Below are positions 44,106-56,077 of a stretch of DNA of 64,000 nt, one piece after another (positions within the stretch are counted from its first letter, which is position 1; every line of letters begins with the position of its first letter). Source of the stretch: Naegleria gruberi (taxonomy: Eukaryota); the NCBI GenBank assembly GCA_000004985.1, contig GG738846.1. One strand, given 5' to 3'. The notes beneath the pieces are model-generated. The model saw nothing but the letters and a program-made list of their open reading frames with translations. It ran no database searches and was not told where the DNA came from. The position numbers were made by a program, and so were the translations under genes.

Positions 44106-45047
44106 ATGCGCTTATTGTTGCTGCATTCTAAAAAAAACATGTCTACTCAACAACCACCATTTGTATTCTATCCAACTGCATCAAATAATAATAATATGCA
44201 ACAACCAACATTTAATCAACCTCCACAACAACAACAACCAAATGTTGTCTCCGGAGGTGTTCCACAACATCCATTCGTATACTATCCACAAGTTGTGATG
44301 GGACAAAACGGCCAACAACAATACATTCTTTCTCCTCCACCAAGATTTACCCAACCAACTATTTATACTACTCCTGTTGTGATGGATCAACAAGCTAGTA
44401 GTAGTATTCCTTTGGAAAATAATTTGCAACAAGTTGATAATCAAAATACAACAAGATCATGTTCATGGTCATCATGTAGATCTAGCAAATTCTGTAAATA
44501 CGTAAAGGAAAATAGATGGTTCACTGGTCAAATTGTAGTGACAATCCTCATGGCTATCCTTTGTATCGCTGCCATTGCAATGTATCCAATGGTTGGAGGT
44601 GTTATGGCTTTCAAGATTTTATTGTCTGTTGTCTGTTGTGTTGCTGCTTATAAGAAGAAGTATTTGGCATTGAGCTTCTTCAGTGGTTCTATTCTTGTTG
44701 ATTTACTCTTGTCCTCCTTCATTATTGGTTTGGTTGGTTCTTCCAGCCATTCTGACTATAACTATGTCAATCCTGCTCTTACTCTTCCATTCCAAATTTC
44801 ATTCCACATTCTTGAATTGACTTTCTTGGTTATCTGCCTTGTTTTAACTGCAAAGATTCACAGAGAAGTCCACTCAACAAGCGTCCCAGCTCAAGAAAAT
44901 GTTGTTCCAGTTTTGTCTACTGAAACTCCAGTTGTTGCCAATACTTCCTCCCAAGAAAACTACTCTCGTCTCCAAGATGAACAAGAATCTCAACAAGAAG
45001 CTGTTCAAAGATATTACCCAAGCTTGAACAATAACAACAACCATTAA
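44106..45047 (+). CDS. Q/P-rich N-terminus plus 3–4 TM small membrane protein, unknown function
   Basis: 313-aa ORF (alternative start at 44139 'MSTQQPPF'). Hydrophobic segments 'IVVTILMAILCIAAIAMYPMV', 'FKILLSVVCCVAAY', 'ILVDLLLSSFIIGLVG' and 'FHILELTFLVICLVLTA'. Confidence 0.55.
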   Translation: MRLLLLHSKKNMSTQQPPFVFYPTASNNNNMQQPTFNQPPQQQQPNVVSGGVPQHPFVYYPQVVMGQNGQQQYILSPPPRFTQPTIYTTPVVMDQQASSSIPLENNLQQVDNQNTTRSCSWSSCRSSKFCKYVKENRWFTGQIVVTILMAILCIAAIAMYPMVGGVMAFKILLSVVCCVAAYKKKYLALSFFSGSILVDLLLSSFIIGLVGSSSHSDYNYVNPALTLPFQISFHILELTFLVICLVLTAKIHREVHSTSVPAQENVVPVLSTETPVVANTSSQENYSRLQDEQESQQEAVQRYYPSLNNNNNH

Positions 45048-45315
45048 GTTATTGTAAAAATCGAACAAAACACTACCTTATAAAATAATTTCTGTACAAA
45101 ATGTTTTAAAGTAAGAAAATAAAAACCTCGATTCCTTCTTATTGAAATTACTGCAAAAGGTTGCAAATAGTCCTTGATGGCTCAGTAACTAAACATGTGG
45201 AATTAATTTTCTTCCAAATATCTGTTCTTGTTTAATCAAAACAAATAACGGCTGTGCATGTTGTTACCAATTAATCCGACACTTTTAACCTATGAAAGAG
45301 AATAAATTAGTTTTA

Positions 45316-46074
45316 TTAGTTGGTGGCAGCAGCTGCTGGAGCTTGTTGACCTTGTGGAGCAAGATTTCTAGTCAACAATCTACTTCCAATAAAGAAAACT
45401 GAAATCATGATAGTAGATCCGTACTTTTGGAAGAAGGACAATTCATTATTAACACTCTTAACACCAACAATTCTTTCCATCTTATTTTCACCATCATAAA
45501 TCAAAGTCAAAATGAATTGTTCACGAGTAGTGAAGAGGAATTGATAAGTTCCCTTTCTAGTGGCACCAGCAGTGAAACGTCCTTGAGAAGAAGCATGGAC
45601 GACTGGAGTTTGTTGATTTGGTTGTGGCTTGTGAGTGACAAAATTGAATGGAATTTCAAAGACAACTTGGTCACCTTCTCTAGTTTCAGCAACTTCTTCT
45701 TCTTCCTCAGATTCTTCCTTCTTTCTCTTGATCATCTTCAAAGATCCAGCTTGTTCAGCTTCAGTTTGAGCAAAGAGTTTGTATTCAATATCGGAAGCAT
45801 CTTCTTCAGATCCTTGTTGAGTATATGTTCCGACCAAAATTCCATCATGAAGAGCAGAATGAGTAAAATTATACAAGCCAACAACTGGGAATAATTCTTC
45901 TTCAGTACTAGCTTCACCAATGTTAATCTCCGACACTTCAACAGACCATGCTCCTTGCATGATATTATTAAAATTAAAATCGGATGCTGACTTGGTTTCC
46001 TCTTCGGCAACACAAACAACAGCCAAACAGAGAACAAAAACGAGAGCGAGGGAGTATTTGATGAATTGGTTCAT
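45316..46074 (-). CDS. Secreted/type I membrane protein with signal peptide; possible p24/GOLD-family cargo receptor (tentative)
   Basis: N-terminal 'MNQFIKYSLALVFVLCLAVVCVA'. C-terminal 'ERIVGVKSVNNELSFFQKYGSTIMISVFFIGSRLL' resembles the emp24 coiled-coil/TM end. Acidic insert present. Confidence 0.4.
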   Translation of the reverse strand: MNQFIKYSLALVFVLCLAVVCVAEEETKSASDFNFNNIMQGAWSVEVSEINIGEASTEEELFPVVGLYNFTHSALHDGILVGTYTQQGSEEDASDIEYKLFAQTEAEQAGSLKMIKRKKEESEEEEEVAETREGDQVVFEIPFNFVTHKPQPNQQTPVVHASSQGRFTAGATRKGTYQFLFTTREQFILTLIYDGENKMERIVGVKSVNNELSFFQKYGSTIMISVFFIGSRLLTRNLAPQGQQAPAAAATN

Positions 46075-46556
46075 TTTTTTCAGAGTTTCAATATTTTTTA
46101 ATTTTTTAAAGCGGATTAAAAATATTTTGTCATCAGCAACTTATCGGACATGTTTATTAACATGATGAATATTCATTGAGGATATTTGTGGAGGAATAAT
46201 GTTGAATAAACTATCGGATTGTACACGTGTGAATTCCGAAAGAATTTTACAATTAAATATTATTTTAAAGAATTTGTGGTCAAGGTAAGAAAGGGCAATA
46301 AGATTCAGTTATCTAAAGCAATTTAAATTGTTTATCACATGACAACAATTTTGAAACAAAGTAAATCTTTAAGCTCCAAAACTTCAACTGTGTATCCAAT
46401 AAACCCTTTTGAAAATCAAGAATTTTTACTCTGGTCAATTACATTATTAAACCAATTGACCACAAATTCAACTCATTGTAAATTTCTGTTTGTTGAAAAA
46501 TAATTATCTTAGATAAAAACTCATATCCCACTGCTTTATCTTATCAAAATACTGAA

Positions 46557-47645
46557 TTATTTATTGAAAATAGCACCAAGAGAATATTGGTAAACACTTC
46601 CCTTATAAAAACCTAACCAACCTTCCTTATCATAAATTTCCTTAGCACACTTGACAATATTGACACGTTCAACACTTTGTTCATCTTCTGACAAGACACC
46701 ATACTGCAATCTACGTCTCAAAATCTTTAATGGTTGAACAGTGAACCTAGAAACCAATTCAGCCATAATAAACATGATTGAATCAAGAATTTCTTCAGCT
46801 TGATCAGATCCATCAGCAACAGAATCATCTCCCAATCCAAATAATCCAAAGAAGAGTTGAAGACAACGATATGAACCAGCCAATGAAGCAAAACGAACAA
46901 CTCTTTGAATTAACTTCAAATACCAACCACGATATAAAGCTCTAAAACCTTCCTTTCTAATAATCTTATTCATACAATCAATTGAACCAGTTGGATCTCT
47001 TAAAGTTGGATGAGCAATACGATGAGAACGAGAAGCTTGCATTCTCACAAACACAGTATCCCAAGGATAAGAAAATATATCTCCTAAAAGTGAAGTTCCT
47101 TGATAAATCAATTGATAGGAAGGAATTGTTCGTTGTGTAATTAAATCTCCTCTCTTGGCCAACAAGAATTCTCTTCTCAAATCTACAGAAACTAAAACAT
47201 TACGAACAACATAGGAATGGAAGAATTTCTTCAACATTCTTGCTGGAAATCCACGGAAGAAACCAGAAATTCCTTCATTAGAGAAGAGTTTTCTAAATCC
47301 TTGAAGATGATTAGTTATTGTTGGTTCCTCCTTTTCATTTGTTGCTTCTGTTGGTTCAAGAACAACTTGGAAAGTAACAGCACGGTAGAGGAAATTAAAA
47401 ACTCTATACAAGGAGAAGGAGGCTACCAGAGATGTGCCCAAAATAATATCATATGTATTGGAAAATTCTTGTTCGGCCGATTGGAAGGAATCTGGTGGTG
47501 CACCTGTTGAACTAAGTTGTGGTGGAGGAGTTGAGAATTTTGGAACAATATCAACAACATTCATTGATGAAGTAGTAGTAGTGGAGGAAGAATCACCACC
47601 GACTGGTAATTGAATCGTCACTGATGATGAAGAATTATTGGTCAT
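46557..47645 (-). CDS. Mitochondrial carrier family (SLC25) protein with a long N-terminal S/T-rich extension
   Basis: Carrier signatures 'YPWDTVFVRMQ' and 'QPLKILRRRLQ' (Px[DE]xx[KR]x[RK]). 'GFRALYRGW' and 'GWLGFYKGS' are G…Y(K/R)G motifs. Confidence 0.8.
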   Translation of the reverse strand: MTNNSSSSVTIQLPVGGDSSSTTTTSSMNVVDIVPKFSTPPPQLSSTGAPPDSFQSAEQEFSNTYDIILGTSLVASFSLYRVFNFLYRAVTFQVVLEPTEATNEKEEPTITNHLQGFRKLFSNEGISGFFRGFPARMLKKFFHSYVVRNVLVSVDLRREFLLAKRGDLITQRTIPSYQLIYQGTSLLGDIFSYPWDTVFVRMQASRSHRIAHPTLRDPTGSIDCMNKIIRKEGFRALYRGWYLKLIQRVVRFASLAGSYRCLQLFFGLFGLGDDSVADGSDQAEEILDSIMFIMAELVSRFTVQPLKILRRRLQYGVLSEDEQSVERVNIVKCAKEIYDKEGWLGFYKGSVYQYSLGAIFNK

Positions 47646-47847
47646 ATTTTTTATATTAAAATTTTTATTGTTAATTGCAAAATGAAATAATTTGAATTTT
47701 TATTGAAGCGATAAAACGGACCATTTAGATTTTGATTGAACAAGTTGGAGTTGAATCGAGTTATTGTTGAATTAATCCTCCAATCATTTCGAGATTGATA
47801 ATTGAAAGTCAAAGTTTGAAGATGTACAAAAAGAGTGAAAAAATTTA

Positions 47848-49379
47848 TTAAGCAAAGAGTGAGGCAAATGATTGTAAACTGGTTCCTCCAAGAAGAGACG
47901 AAGCTCCATTAGTGTTTTCTCTAGTGAGGGACTTTTCTTTTGGTCCTAGGAATGAAGAACCATTACTCTCGCTTTGTAAAAGGTTCAAGTGGCTATTGTC
48001 AAGGAAGATGCCATTAGATTGTTCCTTGCATGAAGTAGTTGTTGCTGTGGCTGAGTTTGGTCCAAATAGTTCGGTAAAGTTTGACAATTCCAAGTTAGAG
48101 TAGGCTGAAGAGTCTCTCTTCTTTTCTGCATTAGTTGATTGAGAGAGTGGAAGAGACATGGAAAAATCAGCATGGAACAGTTGACTCAAACCAGAGTTTT
48201 CAGTTGGTTGAAGAGAAGTTTGAGGAATGGTTTGTTCCTTCTCCAATTTGATAAATGAATCAATGGTTTGTTGAGCTAGGTGATGATGTTCCTCTCCTTC
48301 TTTGGAAGTCTTTTTTTTCTTAGTGGATTGGGTTGTCTTTTTCTTTTTGGAAGGACTGGATTGATTCTTTCTCTTCTTTGAATCCTTTGCAGTTGTTGCT
48401 TGACTTTTTTGTGAAGTGGTAGCGCCAACACTTAGAGTAGAACTTAGGGAAGGTATTAACATTTGAGAGGTATTTGGTAAGGTGGTTGGTGTTGCATTCT
48501 GTACATTTCTCATCGAGTCCAATACATGACTCACTTGAGCAAAGGATGTTATAAAGGAATTGGTTGGTCTATTGTTTGAATTGTGGTTGTTGGCAGTAGT
48601 GAGATTGGCTTGAAGATTAGGAGCAGTTACCTTATTATTGGAAACAATGGTCAATGGTTGTGGAACGGCAACAACAACACCTAGATTTTGATGATTGGAC
48701 TGCCTTTTTGATTGGAGGAGGAATCATACTACTGCTTCTACCAGAACTTGGAGCATTAATCTTTGGAGGAGGTGGAGCAAATTCAAACAATGATGTTGGA
48801 GTGAGTTGACTAACTACAAAAGGTAAGGCAGGTTTATCATCACAAAACACAAAATCATATTCCATATGGAATGTATCATCATCTTGATGAACACCGGTCG
48901 ATCCTTGCTCGATCTGATAAGACAATACTTCCCTTCTAACACTAGCCATCTGTACATTGATATCGCAAAGTCCCCATCCTCTATGAGCAATACATGCAAA
49001 GGAAACCTTCTTGGGAAAGATTCTTACTTCTCTCACATTAAATTGTTTAATAATAGGTTGCCATCGTTGTTTGAGATAATCGACAACAAAGGCTGCTGTT
49101 TTAGTTTCCTTGAATTTTACTCTGGAGTTTAATGTTGTTGATGATGAATTGAAGAGACACTTACTGGATGCCTGGATTAAAGCCTAGTTGGCATATACTC
49201 TGATAGAGCGCATCGGTCCTAGGCAAGAGTTGCAGAGTAAGCTTTTTGGGCTTAAATTGCAAAGGAGCTTGCTTTTTCATTTTTTTTTGAAATTGTTTTA
49301 AATTTTCGTAACGGCTAGGACGCCTATTTTTATTTTTAGGAGGGTTAATGTTTTTCAAAGTTAAATTACGATCTAACAA
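47848..49379 (-). CDS. Hypothetical S/T/Q-rich protein. Model: exon 1 49379..49165, 43-nt intron 49122..49164, then exon 2 to 47848. Exon 2 needs a frameshift near 48640..48700 to join two ORFs (possible pseudogene or sequence error)
   Basis: Canonical gtaagt donor at 49164 and 'ctccag' acceptor at 49122 link the basic N-terminal ORF (MLDRNL…) in phase to the ORF containing '…VKFKETKTAAFVVDYLKQRWQPIIKQFNVREVRIF…'. That ORF otherwise lacks an ATG. ORF 48635..49036 and ORF 47848..48654 overlap in different frames, and no intron fits. Confidence 0.4.
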
Positions 49380-49593
49380 GGTATTACGTTTTAGATTGGA
49401 ATTTGATAATGATATTACTAAGATATTTGAATAATTATTTGAAATTTATTTACGTCGTTTGGATAAAGAATGTTGATGAATATAATATATAATTGTTGTT
49501 ATTTCATTGTGCAATACAGCAAAATATCAAATACGAAATTATAATAAGAATGTATTAATTATTTATATTTTTTAATCAATCACCAATAAATAT

Positions 49594-49944
49594 TTAAAAG
49601 AAAATATAGACCATATCATAAGAAATTGTCCAAAACAAAATATATGTTAATAATCCTTGTGTAAATCCTCCAAAGATAATATTTGACCAACTTGTAAATA
49701 CTCCATCAATCGAAAATGGTTTTGGAAGTACCAATCCTATCAGCACCGATGAAATCACAACAGAAACTAAAATATAAAACAAAAATCCAGACAATCCAGA
49801 GAGTCCGAAAATTCCTGCAACAATTCCAAAAACAAGAGAGATGAAAATTTTGCACTTATATACTACATTATCATTGTGTGCGATTTTATCAAGTCCAATC
49901 TTGTCGGAAGTTGATGGTGATGGTATTGCAGCTGATGGATCCAT
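49594..49944 (-). CDS. EMC6: EMC6 / Rab5-interacting-protein-family small ER membrane protein (ER membrane complex subunit 6)
   Basis: 116 aa, two TMs with Gly-zipper 'GIVAGIFGLSGLSGFLFYIL'. Typical size and topology for EMC6/TMEM93. Confidence 0.65.
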   Translation of the reverse strand: MDPSAAIPSPSTSDKIGLDKIAHNDNVVYKCKIFISLVFGIVAGIFGLSGLSGFLFYILVSVVISSVLIGLVLPKPFSIDGVFTSWSNIIFGGFTQGLLTYILFWTISYDMVYIFF

Positions 49945-50196
49945 TTTTTAATTTTGAAAATTTAAAATTTATTTGAAAAATTCCAACAACAATTAATTCA
50001 TTATTACTTGATGGATTATCTGATAGGATCTACTTGGGATTTGTTCATATCGTTTGTGGACATAAGATCATCTTCATTGCCATTAATTGTGGAATAGTAT
50101 GAGAAAGAGGTTTAGCCAAACTTACTCAATCCTTAACTTGTTAGAAAGAACGATTGCGATTATTGAGCTTACTTCAATATTACCAAGTAAATAAAA

Positions 50197-51093
50197 TTAG
50201 TCAAACCAAATGTGTTGTGCCTTTCTGTTAAATACTTCTTCTAAATGTTTTAACTGTTCTTTAGCTTGGAGAATTCTTGTTCTGGTTTGGGCAACATCTG
50301 GAGGCAAATTGTGATATCTTTCAATGAGCTTTAGCTTTGGTTCGATTTCTGTTTTGAGTTCTTGAATTCGGTCATATATTTCTATGAGTGTTGTTTGTTG
50401 CACATCCAAATTATTTGAAAGAGCGAATGCTTCATTCAATTGTTGTTGCATTCCAGAAACTTGTACTTGATATTCGTGTGATTTTCTCTTTAAATATTCA
50501 ATAGTTTCTAACCTATTTTGAAGACTATCTGTTTGTTCTCTCTCAGATATTTCCTGATCGAATTGTTGATGAATTTCATTCAAATATTGTGACTTCTTAA
50601 TTAAATCAATAGTCTTGTCTGAAATGTCAATTATTGACTTTTTCAACTGATTAGATTCATCCATTACTTTATCATAATCACTCGATAAATCATACAATGA
50701 ATCCATAAATTCCCCCTGTGAAGAATTGTTCAATTTCATCATGGCAGCAACTTTGGCCAATTCATTCACATGAAAATTATTTTCTATTTTTTCATCCTTT
50801 TTTAGTGTTGAATTAATTATATGCTCCATCCTCCTACTTTCCGATTGATACTCCAAAATCTTTTGTTTATAATTATTCTTGATGGTATTGGAGACTAAAT
50901 TTTGTTTCCGATTATGTAAAGCCAATTGGTAGAGTAAATTGATGGTTACTTCATTCTTTTCAAAAGGTGGAATATCACCATCATTAATCACTTCAAATAA
51001 CCAATCATTGATGACTTTTAATTTATTATTCAGTGAGAGGGAATTGCTTGTTGTTGAAACCTCCGAAATATTGGAGAGTGATGATTCATTCAT
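50197..51093 (-). CDS. HAUS1: HAUS augmin-like complex subunit 1 (HAUS1)
   Basis: N-terminal 'INDWLFEVINDGDIPPFEKNEVTINLLYQLALHNRKQN' parallels human 'VAAWLKKIFGDHPIPQYEVNPRTTEILHHLSERNR'. C-terminal 'ERYHNLPPDVAQTRTRILQAKEQLKHLEE' parallels 'YLDLMPNPSLAQVKIEEAKRELDSIE'. Coiled-coil rich, 298 aa. Confidence 0.7.
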   Translation of the reverse strand: MNESSLSNISEVSTTSNSLSLNNKLKVINDWLFEVINDGDIPPFEKNEVTINLLYQLALHNRKQNLVSNTIKNNYKQKILEYQSESRRMEHIINSTLKKDEKIENNFHVNELAKVAAMMKLNNSSQGEFMDSLYDLSSDYDKVMDESNQLKKSIIDISDKTIDLIKKSQYLNEIHQQFDQEISEREQTDSLQNRLETIEYLKRKSHEYQVQVSGMQQQLNEAFALSNNLDVQQTTLIEIYDRIQELKTEIEPKLKLIERYHNLPPDVAQTRTRILQAKEQLKHLEEVFNRKAQHIWFD

Positions 51094-51174
51094 TTTTTTC
51101 TTTTAAAAACGAAAATAAAAGGCGGCAAAATATTTCACAAACTCAAAGATCATTTATCATTGTCCATTACAATA

Positions 51175-52967
51175 CTATCGTTGTCGTCTTCCACTAGAAG
51201 CTACGTGAGCCATTATCATTGGTTTGTTATTGAAAACGATCATGTACTTGCAATCTTGGAAAACCTTGACATAAATTCTCCACAATTTGTTGTGTGTGGA
51301 AAGATCCTTCTCTGTGTAGTTTGGTGGCACTTTGAGAACAATGCAACAAGCTCCAAAGTAGAGCATGTGTTCTATCATTTGATTGGCACTATTCTTTACA
51401 ACATCGGTATCAATGACTAGATTGTTCAAAACTGTGGAAGAATCCTTCTTGTTGGACTCGGTCAAATCAAGCATGATAACAGAGGAGTGTACATTGTTTT
51501 TGGTATCACACAACCAGTCAAAGAAATCTCTTTGTTCCACTGTTGAATTGAAAGAGCTTGCAGTAAAGATATTCCTCTTTAAGAGATGCTTGGTGAATAC
51601 AGAAACATTGTGCCTAGTTAATTCATATTCTTCCTTATTAGATTCAAATATTAAAACTTCAAAATTTGTTCTAGAAATGGATTGGGCATAATAGTGCAAA
51701 ATACCAACCAAATAAGTTCCCAAAGATTTTGTGTTATCCAAAAATCTGGTTGGAAAAACTCCACTATGCATCTTGATAACTCCTCCAATAAAATTCACAA
51801 TCTCAATCGATTTATCAAATGATAGAATTTGTGATTTCAATACAGTTGAGTAGTGAGCAAGATTGGTACCAAGACGAAGTTCCTTGAGGATTGATTCTGG
51901 AAAGGTTGGTCCTGATAGAGCAGTATTGTTTCCAGTTGTGTTTGAACCTTGTATTGGTAGAGAAGGATCGTCAGATTCTAAATCTTCATCGGAAAGTTTT
52001 TTAATGGCTGAATCCAACACTTTTTGCATGTTGTTTCTAATAATTGTCAATTCATTGATTTTTTGAAGATGCAATGTTCCAATGGTAGAATTATTAGTAT
52101 TGTTATTATTATAATTATTACTAGAGGTGGAGGTATTACTAGGAAGAGAGGGTGATGAAGATGAATTTACAAATTGTGCTTCGATATCTTCCAATCGGAA
52201 TTCAGAAAACTGATCAACTAGGGAATGTTCCGCATTAGATGAACCAAAATAATTGAAAAAGGAATTTACATTATTTGTACAATTATCATTACTTAGCAAA
52301 CTGTTTAGAATATTTGATTGTGGATTATTTCCACTATTTGCCAATAATGCTTGATTATTACTAGAGGTATTAGTTGATGATGATGATGAAATATTCGAAA
52401 TATCTAGAATTTGTTTACATTTTTCAATGGAGAGAATACAATCCAAGAGACCTAAATTATGAGAGTTGGTAATTTTAGAAGAGAAGGAATGATTAATCTT
52501 CTCAACAAGTGTATCAACGGCCTCCCTATCGTCATCACTTTCATCATCACTGTAGGGATCTTGTTGAGGGCGATGAGGATGATGATTAGGTTCTTGTTGA
52601 AGTTCAACTAGTTGCTCCTCCTTTGTTCTTTCTGGTCAGGAATATCTTCAAATTGTCCACCTGATTCGTCTTCATTCCAAGCATCCTCAGATCCATAGAG
52701 AAAATCTACATCAGCATGTTGTCCAGGAGGAAGAGAAATAAAGTCATCATCAAACTCTCCGGATTGACCTCCCATCATTAAATTATTATTTGTATTATTT
52801 GATGATCCAAGAAAGAAACTATTCATCATCATACTACTGCCACCATTGGGGTTGTTGTTGGTTGTATTGAAATGGTTGTTAAACATTTTTTTATTTAGAG
52901 AAAAATTATCAATTTTTTGTAACGTTTTTTTGTCTTTTGAAGTGAAAATACAAAATGATCTAATCAA
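51175..52967 (-). CDS. N-rich low-complexity protein with C-terminal globular domain of unknown function. The upstream ORF (52608..52967) and downstream ORF (51175..about 52600) are in different frames with no plausible intron, so a frameshift is needed near 52590..52620
   Basis: The downstream frame is open upstream of its first ATG through an acidic 'EEQLVELQQEPNHHPHRPQQDPYSDDESDDDREAVDTLVEK…' stretch. Both ORFs share N-rich composition. Confidence 0.45.
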
Positions 52968-53009
52968 GACAATTCACCACAAGTTTTTGTTTTTACAGAA
53001 AGAATCTGT

Positions 53010-55081
53010 TTATTTCTTTTGATTTCTTAACTGTTCATTTTCTCGTCTGAGTCTTTGATTTTCTTCCATTAAATCCTGAACTTTTTGTTCTAATTTTGAG
53101 ATTAAATCTAAAGGAGACATATTGTCATTGGTTTTTGCTTTTTCATTCAAAAGATTAAATATGAGTTGCTGTTGGGATTGAAGACTGGCCAATTGATTTG
53201 AAAGAGATGATATAGAAACTTCTTTGGTAACACTGGATATGGATACCTTCTTCTTTGGAGCTGTGCTGCTTGGTGTTACAGCTTCTTCAGGTATCTCATC
53301 TACTTCTTTTACTTCAAAGTTTCTCTTTTTAACTTTTTTAGATTCCACAATTTGCTCATTGCTTGGTGATTCATTGGTAATTTTCTCTACAGAATCTTCA
53401 TCAGTTTCAGTAACTTCAAAACGACCTTTCTTTTCAACCTTCTTCGTAGTATTGCTGCTGGCTGTTTCCTCTTCCTTCTTGAGCTCATCTATGAAATTCC
53501 AACGACTAACAGCCTTCTTTTCTTGGTGGACTTCTTCTACGACTGAAGGTGAGTTAACTTCATCAGTTGAAAATCTGCTTGCAATTTCATTTTCTTCCAT
53601 TGGAACAGTTGTGCTCATAGTTGTTGACATGGTATCTTGCATGGAAACAAAGGTTGGAGATTCTTGTTGTGTCATGGTGAATGTAATCTTGGTTTGACTG
53701 TTTGATTTCTTAATGCCTGCCAAGAGTTTGGCTCTCTCAGCCAAAGCAGGAAGTCCATTTAGAATCACTTTCTTAATAAGATCTTTTTGTTTGACAGCCT
53801 TTGCAAAGAACTTGTGTTTTAAGAGTTGTGAGGCAAGTGGTCTCTTGGTAGGGTCCTTTTGCAAACACAATGATATCATATCTCTAAATATTTTAGAGAA
53901 TTTTCTTGTTTCTGTATCTACGAGTTGTGGTGGTTCTTGTTCCATCACAATGTACATAACTTTAACTGGAGGTAAACCTTCATAGGGAGCTTTTCCATGG
54001 GCTAGCTCAATGGCAGTAATACCAAATGACCAAATATCAGCTTTGCAATCATAACCATGAAATTGTTCCATCACTGAAAAATGTTAAATCCAATATAATA
54101 ACATATATAACACTTACCTTCAGGAGCCATCCAACATGGAGATCCAACAAAGGTTTGTCTCTTACTCCTTCTATCTCCAGACATTTCAATGATATTGGCA
54201 CTAACTCCAAAATCACCAATTCTCACAAGACCATCTTCATTAATGAGAATATTTGATGCCTTGATATCTCTGTGAATTTGGCCATTCTCATGGAAATAAG
54301 CCAAACCTTCCAAAACTTGATATAAAACGACTGATATCAATTCTTCGGATGGTAAACCCTCGTTATATTTGTATCTCATAATATCATAAAGTGATCCGGC
54401 TTCCATAAGTTCCATAACGAGATATAATTCTGTTTCATGTGTAAATGAAGTCAAATAATTTACAATATGTTCATGAAAACTTGTAACCATAGTATGAATT
54501 TCCTTTGTGATTGTTTGAAGTACATTATCTTCCAATCTTTCCAGATCCAATTTTTTAATAGCCACACGTTCATTGAAAGGAATACAAATCGCTTCATAGA
54601 CAGGTCCACTTGCTCCAAAACCAATTGGTTCCAATAATTTATATTGATCAGCAACAGTAGGATATTCTCTTCTCAGACTAGGTGAAAGAGCAGCTGCTGC
54701 ACCAACAGAAAAACCTGTTCCAATTGTTGGAGTATCTTTTGATATAGATAATGATGATGAAGCTCGAGTAAGTTGTGCAGATGGAGGTCTCATCTCCTGT
54801 TGTGGAGAAGTAATATTTGCTCCAATATTGTTTGTATTCACACCGACTGGAGTACTTGTTGATTGATTTGAAGATGTTTGTGTCAGTGTTTTCATTCCGT
54901 TGGCATTATTTGATGATGTTACAATTGAAGGAGGAGATGAAATATTTGGTGTTTGAGATGAAGGTGTACTCGAAGAGCTAGAATTTGGCAATGGAGTACT
55001 GGTACCGGATGATGATAGGGAATTAGTTTGTGGTTTGCTGTTATTCTGTAGCATTGGAGTTGATGAAAGTAAATCATTCAC
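53010..55081 (-). CDS. OXSR1: STE20-family Ser/Thr kinase, OSR1/SPAK (OXSR1/STK39, 'fray') orthologue; 2 exons with a 44-nt intron in the kinase domain
   Basis: Exon 1 is 55081..54118. Intron is 54074..54117 (gtaagtg…ttttcag). Exon 2 is 54073..53010. Spliced sequence is '…[42 protein letters not shown]…MISLCLQKDPTKRP', nearly identical to human OSR1 '…[42 protein letters not shown]…MISLCLQKDPEKRP'. S/T-rich N-terminus and C-terminal coiled coil. Confidence 0.9.
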
Positions 55082-56077
55082 ATTTATATTATCAAACAGG
55101 AGAGAGGAATTGGATAGAGAGTTGAAGTCCTTTGATCGTTCATTGTATTGGTATTTAAGTCAGGAAAACTTGCTGATCTGAAGGTTGATGTTGTTTGTGT
55201 ATTTAAAAAGGCTTTTGTAGTTTGTTGTTCAATTTTGCTAGCACTTCCTGTGGTATGCAATAATGGAGGCTTCAAAAAGGTTTGTTTAGAATTGTTTGGT
55301 GTTGTTGGTGTCGTTGCAGATTGTAGCATTGAAAGAATTTTGGATTGTTGCTTGTTTTCGTCTTGTAAAAATCCAAAACAACACTCTCCAAATTAAATTA
55401 TTTAAAAAAGATCAAGTTTAAAAGAAAGCGACAAAAAATCCTCTCTATATTGATGATGCTAATTCAAACAACACATAAAAAGATCCAAGATGAGGAAGTG
55501 TGTGTTTGTGTGGCTCTTAATTTGCCGTCTTCGGTTGAGTTTTGTATTTTTTTAGAATAAAAATTTCAAAGTCGTCTCAAAAAAATCACACAACATCAAA
55601 CTTGTCTTCAATAAGGAGGTGTTTTATGGTGTTTGACTTTCCTTATTGTTTTTTGAATGTTAAGTTAGTTGTCCATCACTTGGAATTGATTGAGGGATGA
55701 TTGTTATTCATTTAAAACAATTTGGTTTGGCTGAAGATCTGTGAACTTGATGATTTTATTGAATCTTCTTATTATTAAGGTACAATTTTGGATGTTATAA
55801 AAGAGCTCTACGGACATTGATTTTACAAAAATTAGAACGGATGATAATATTGTAGAGTATTTAATCAAAGAATTGATTGTTCTTTTTGGCCCAGAATAAA
55901 TACAAACAAATAAGCGTTTAAAGCTTTGTAAAATTAAATTGTTGCAAATCATTATTGAACACATCATGTAAATATCTTCAAAAAGTGGTTTTATTAAGAA
56001 ATACTGTACAGATATTTACATTTAATTTTCTATTTAAATTTTAAACCTAAATTTTCAAATTTATTTGAAACTAAAAA

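Noticed and set aside
55704-55967. 87-aa minus-strand ORF in the OSR1–56078 intergenic region
   Set aside because: AT-rich, hydrophobic, random-looking. It sits in a probable divergent promoter region. No support.
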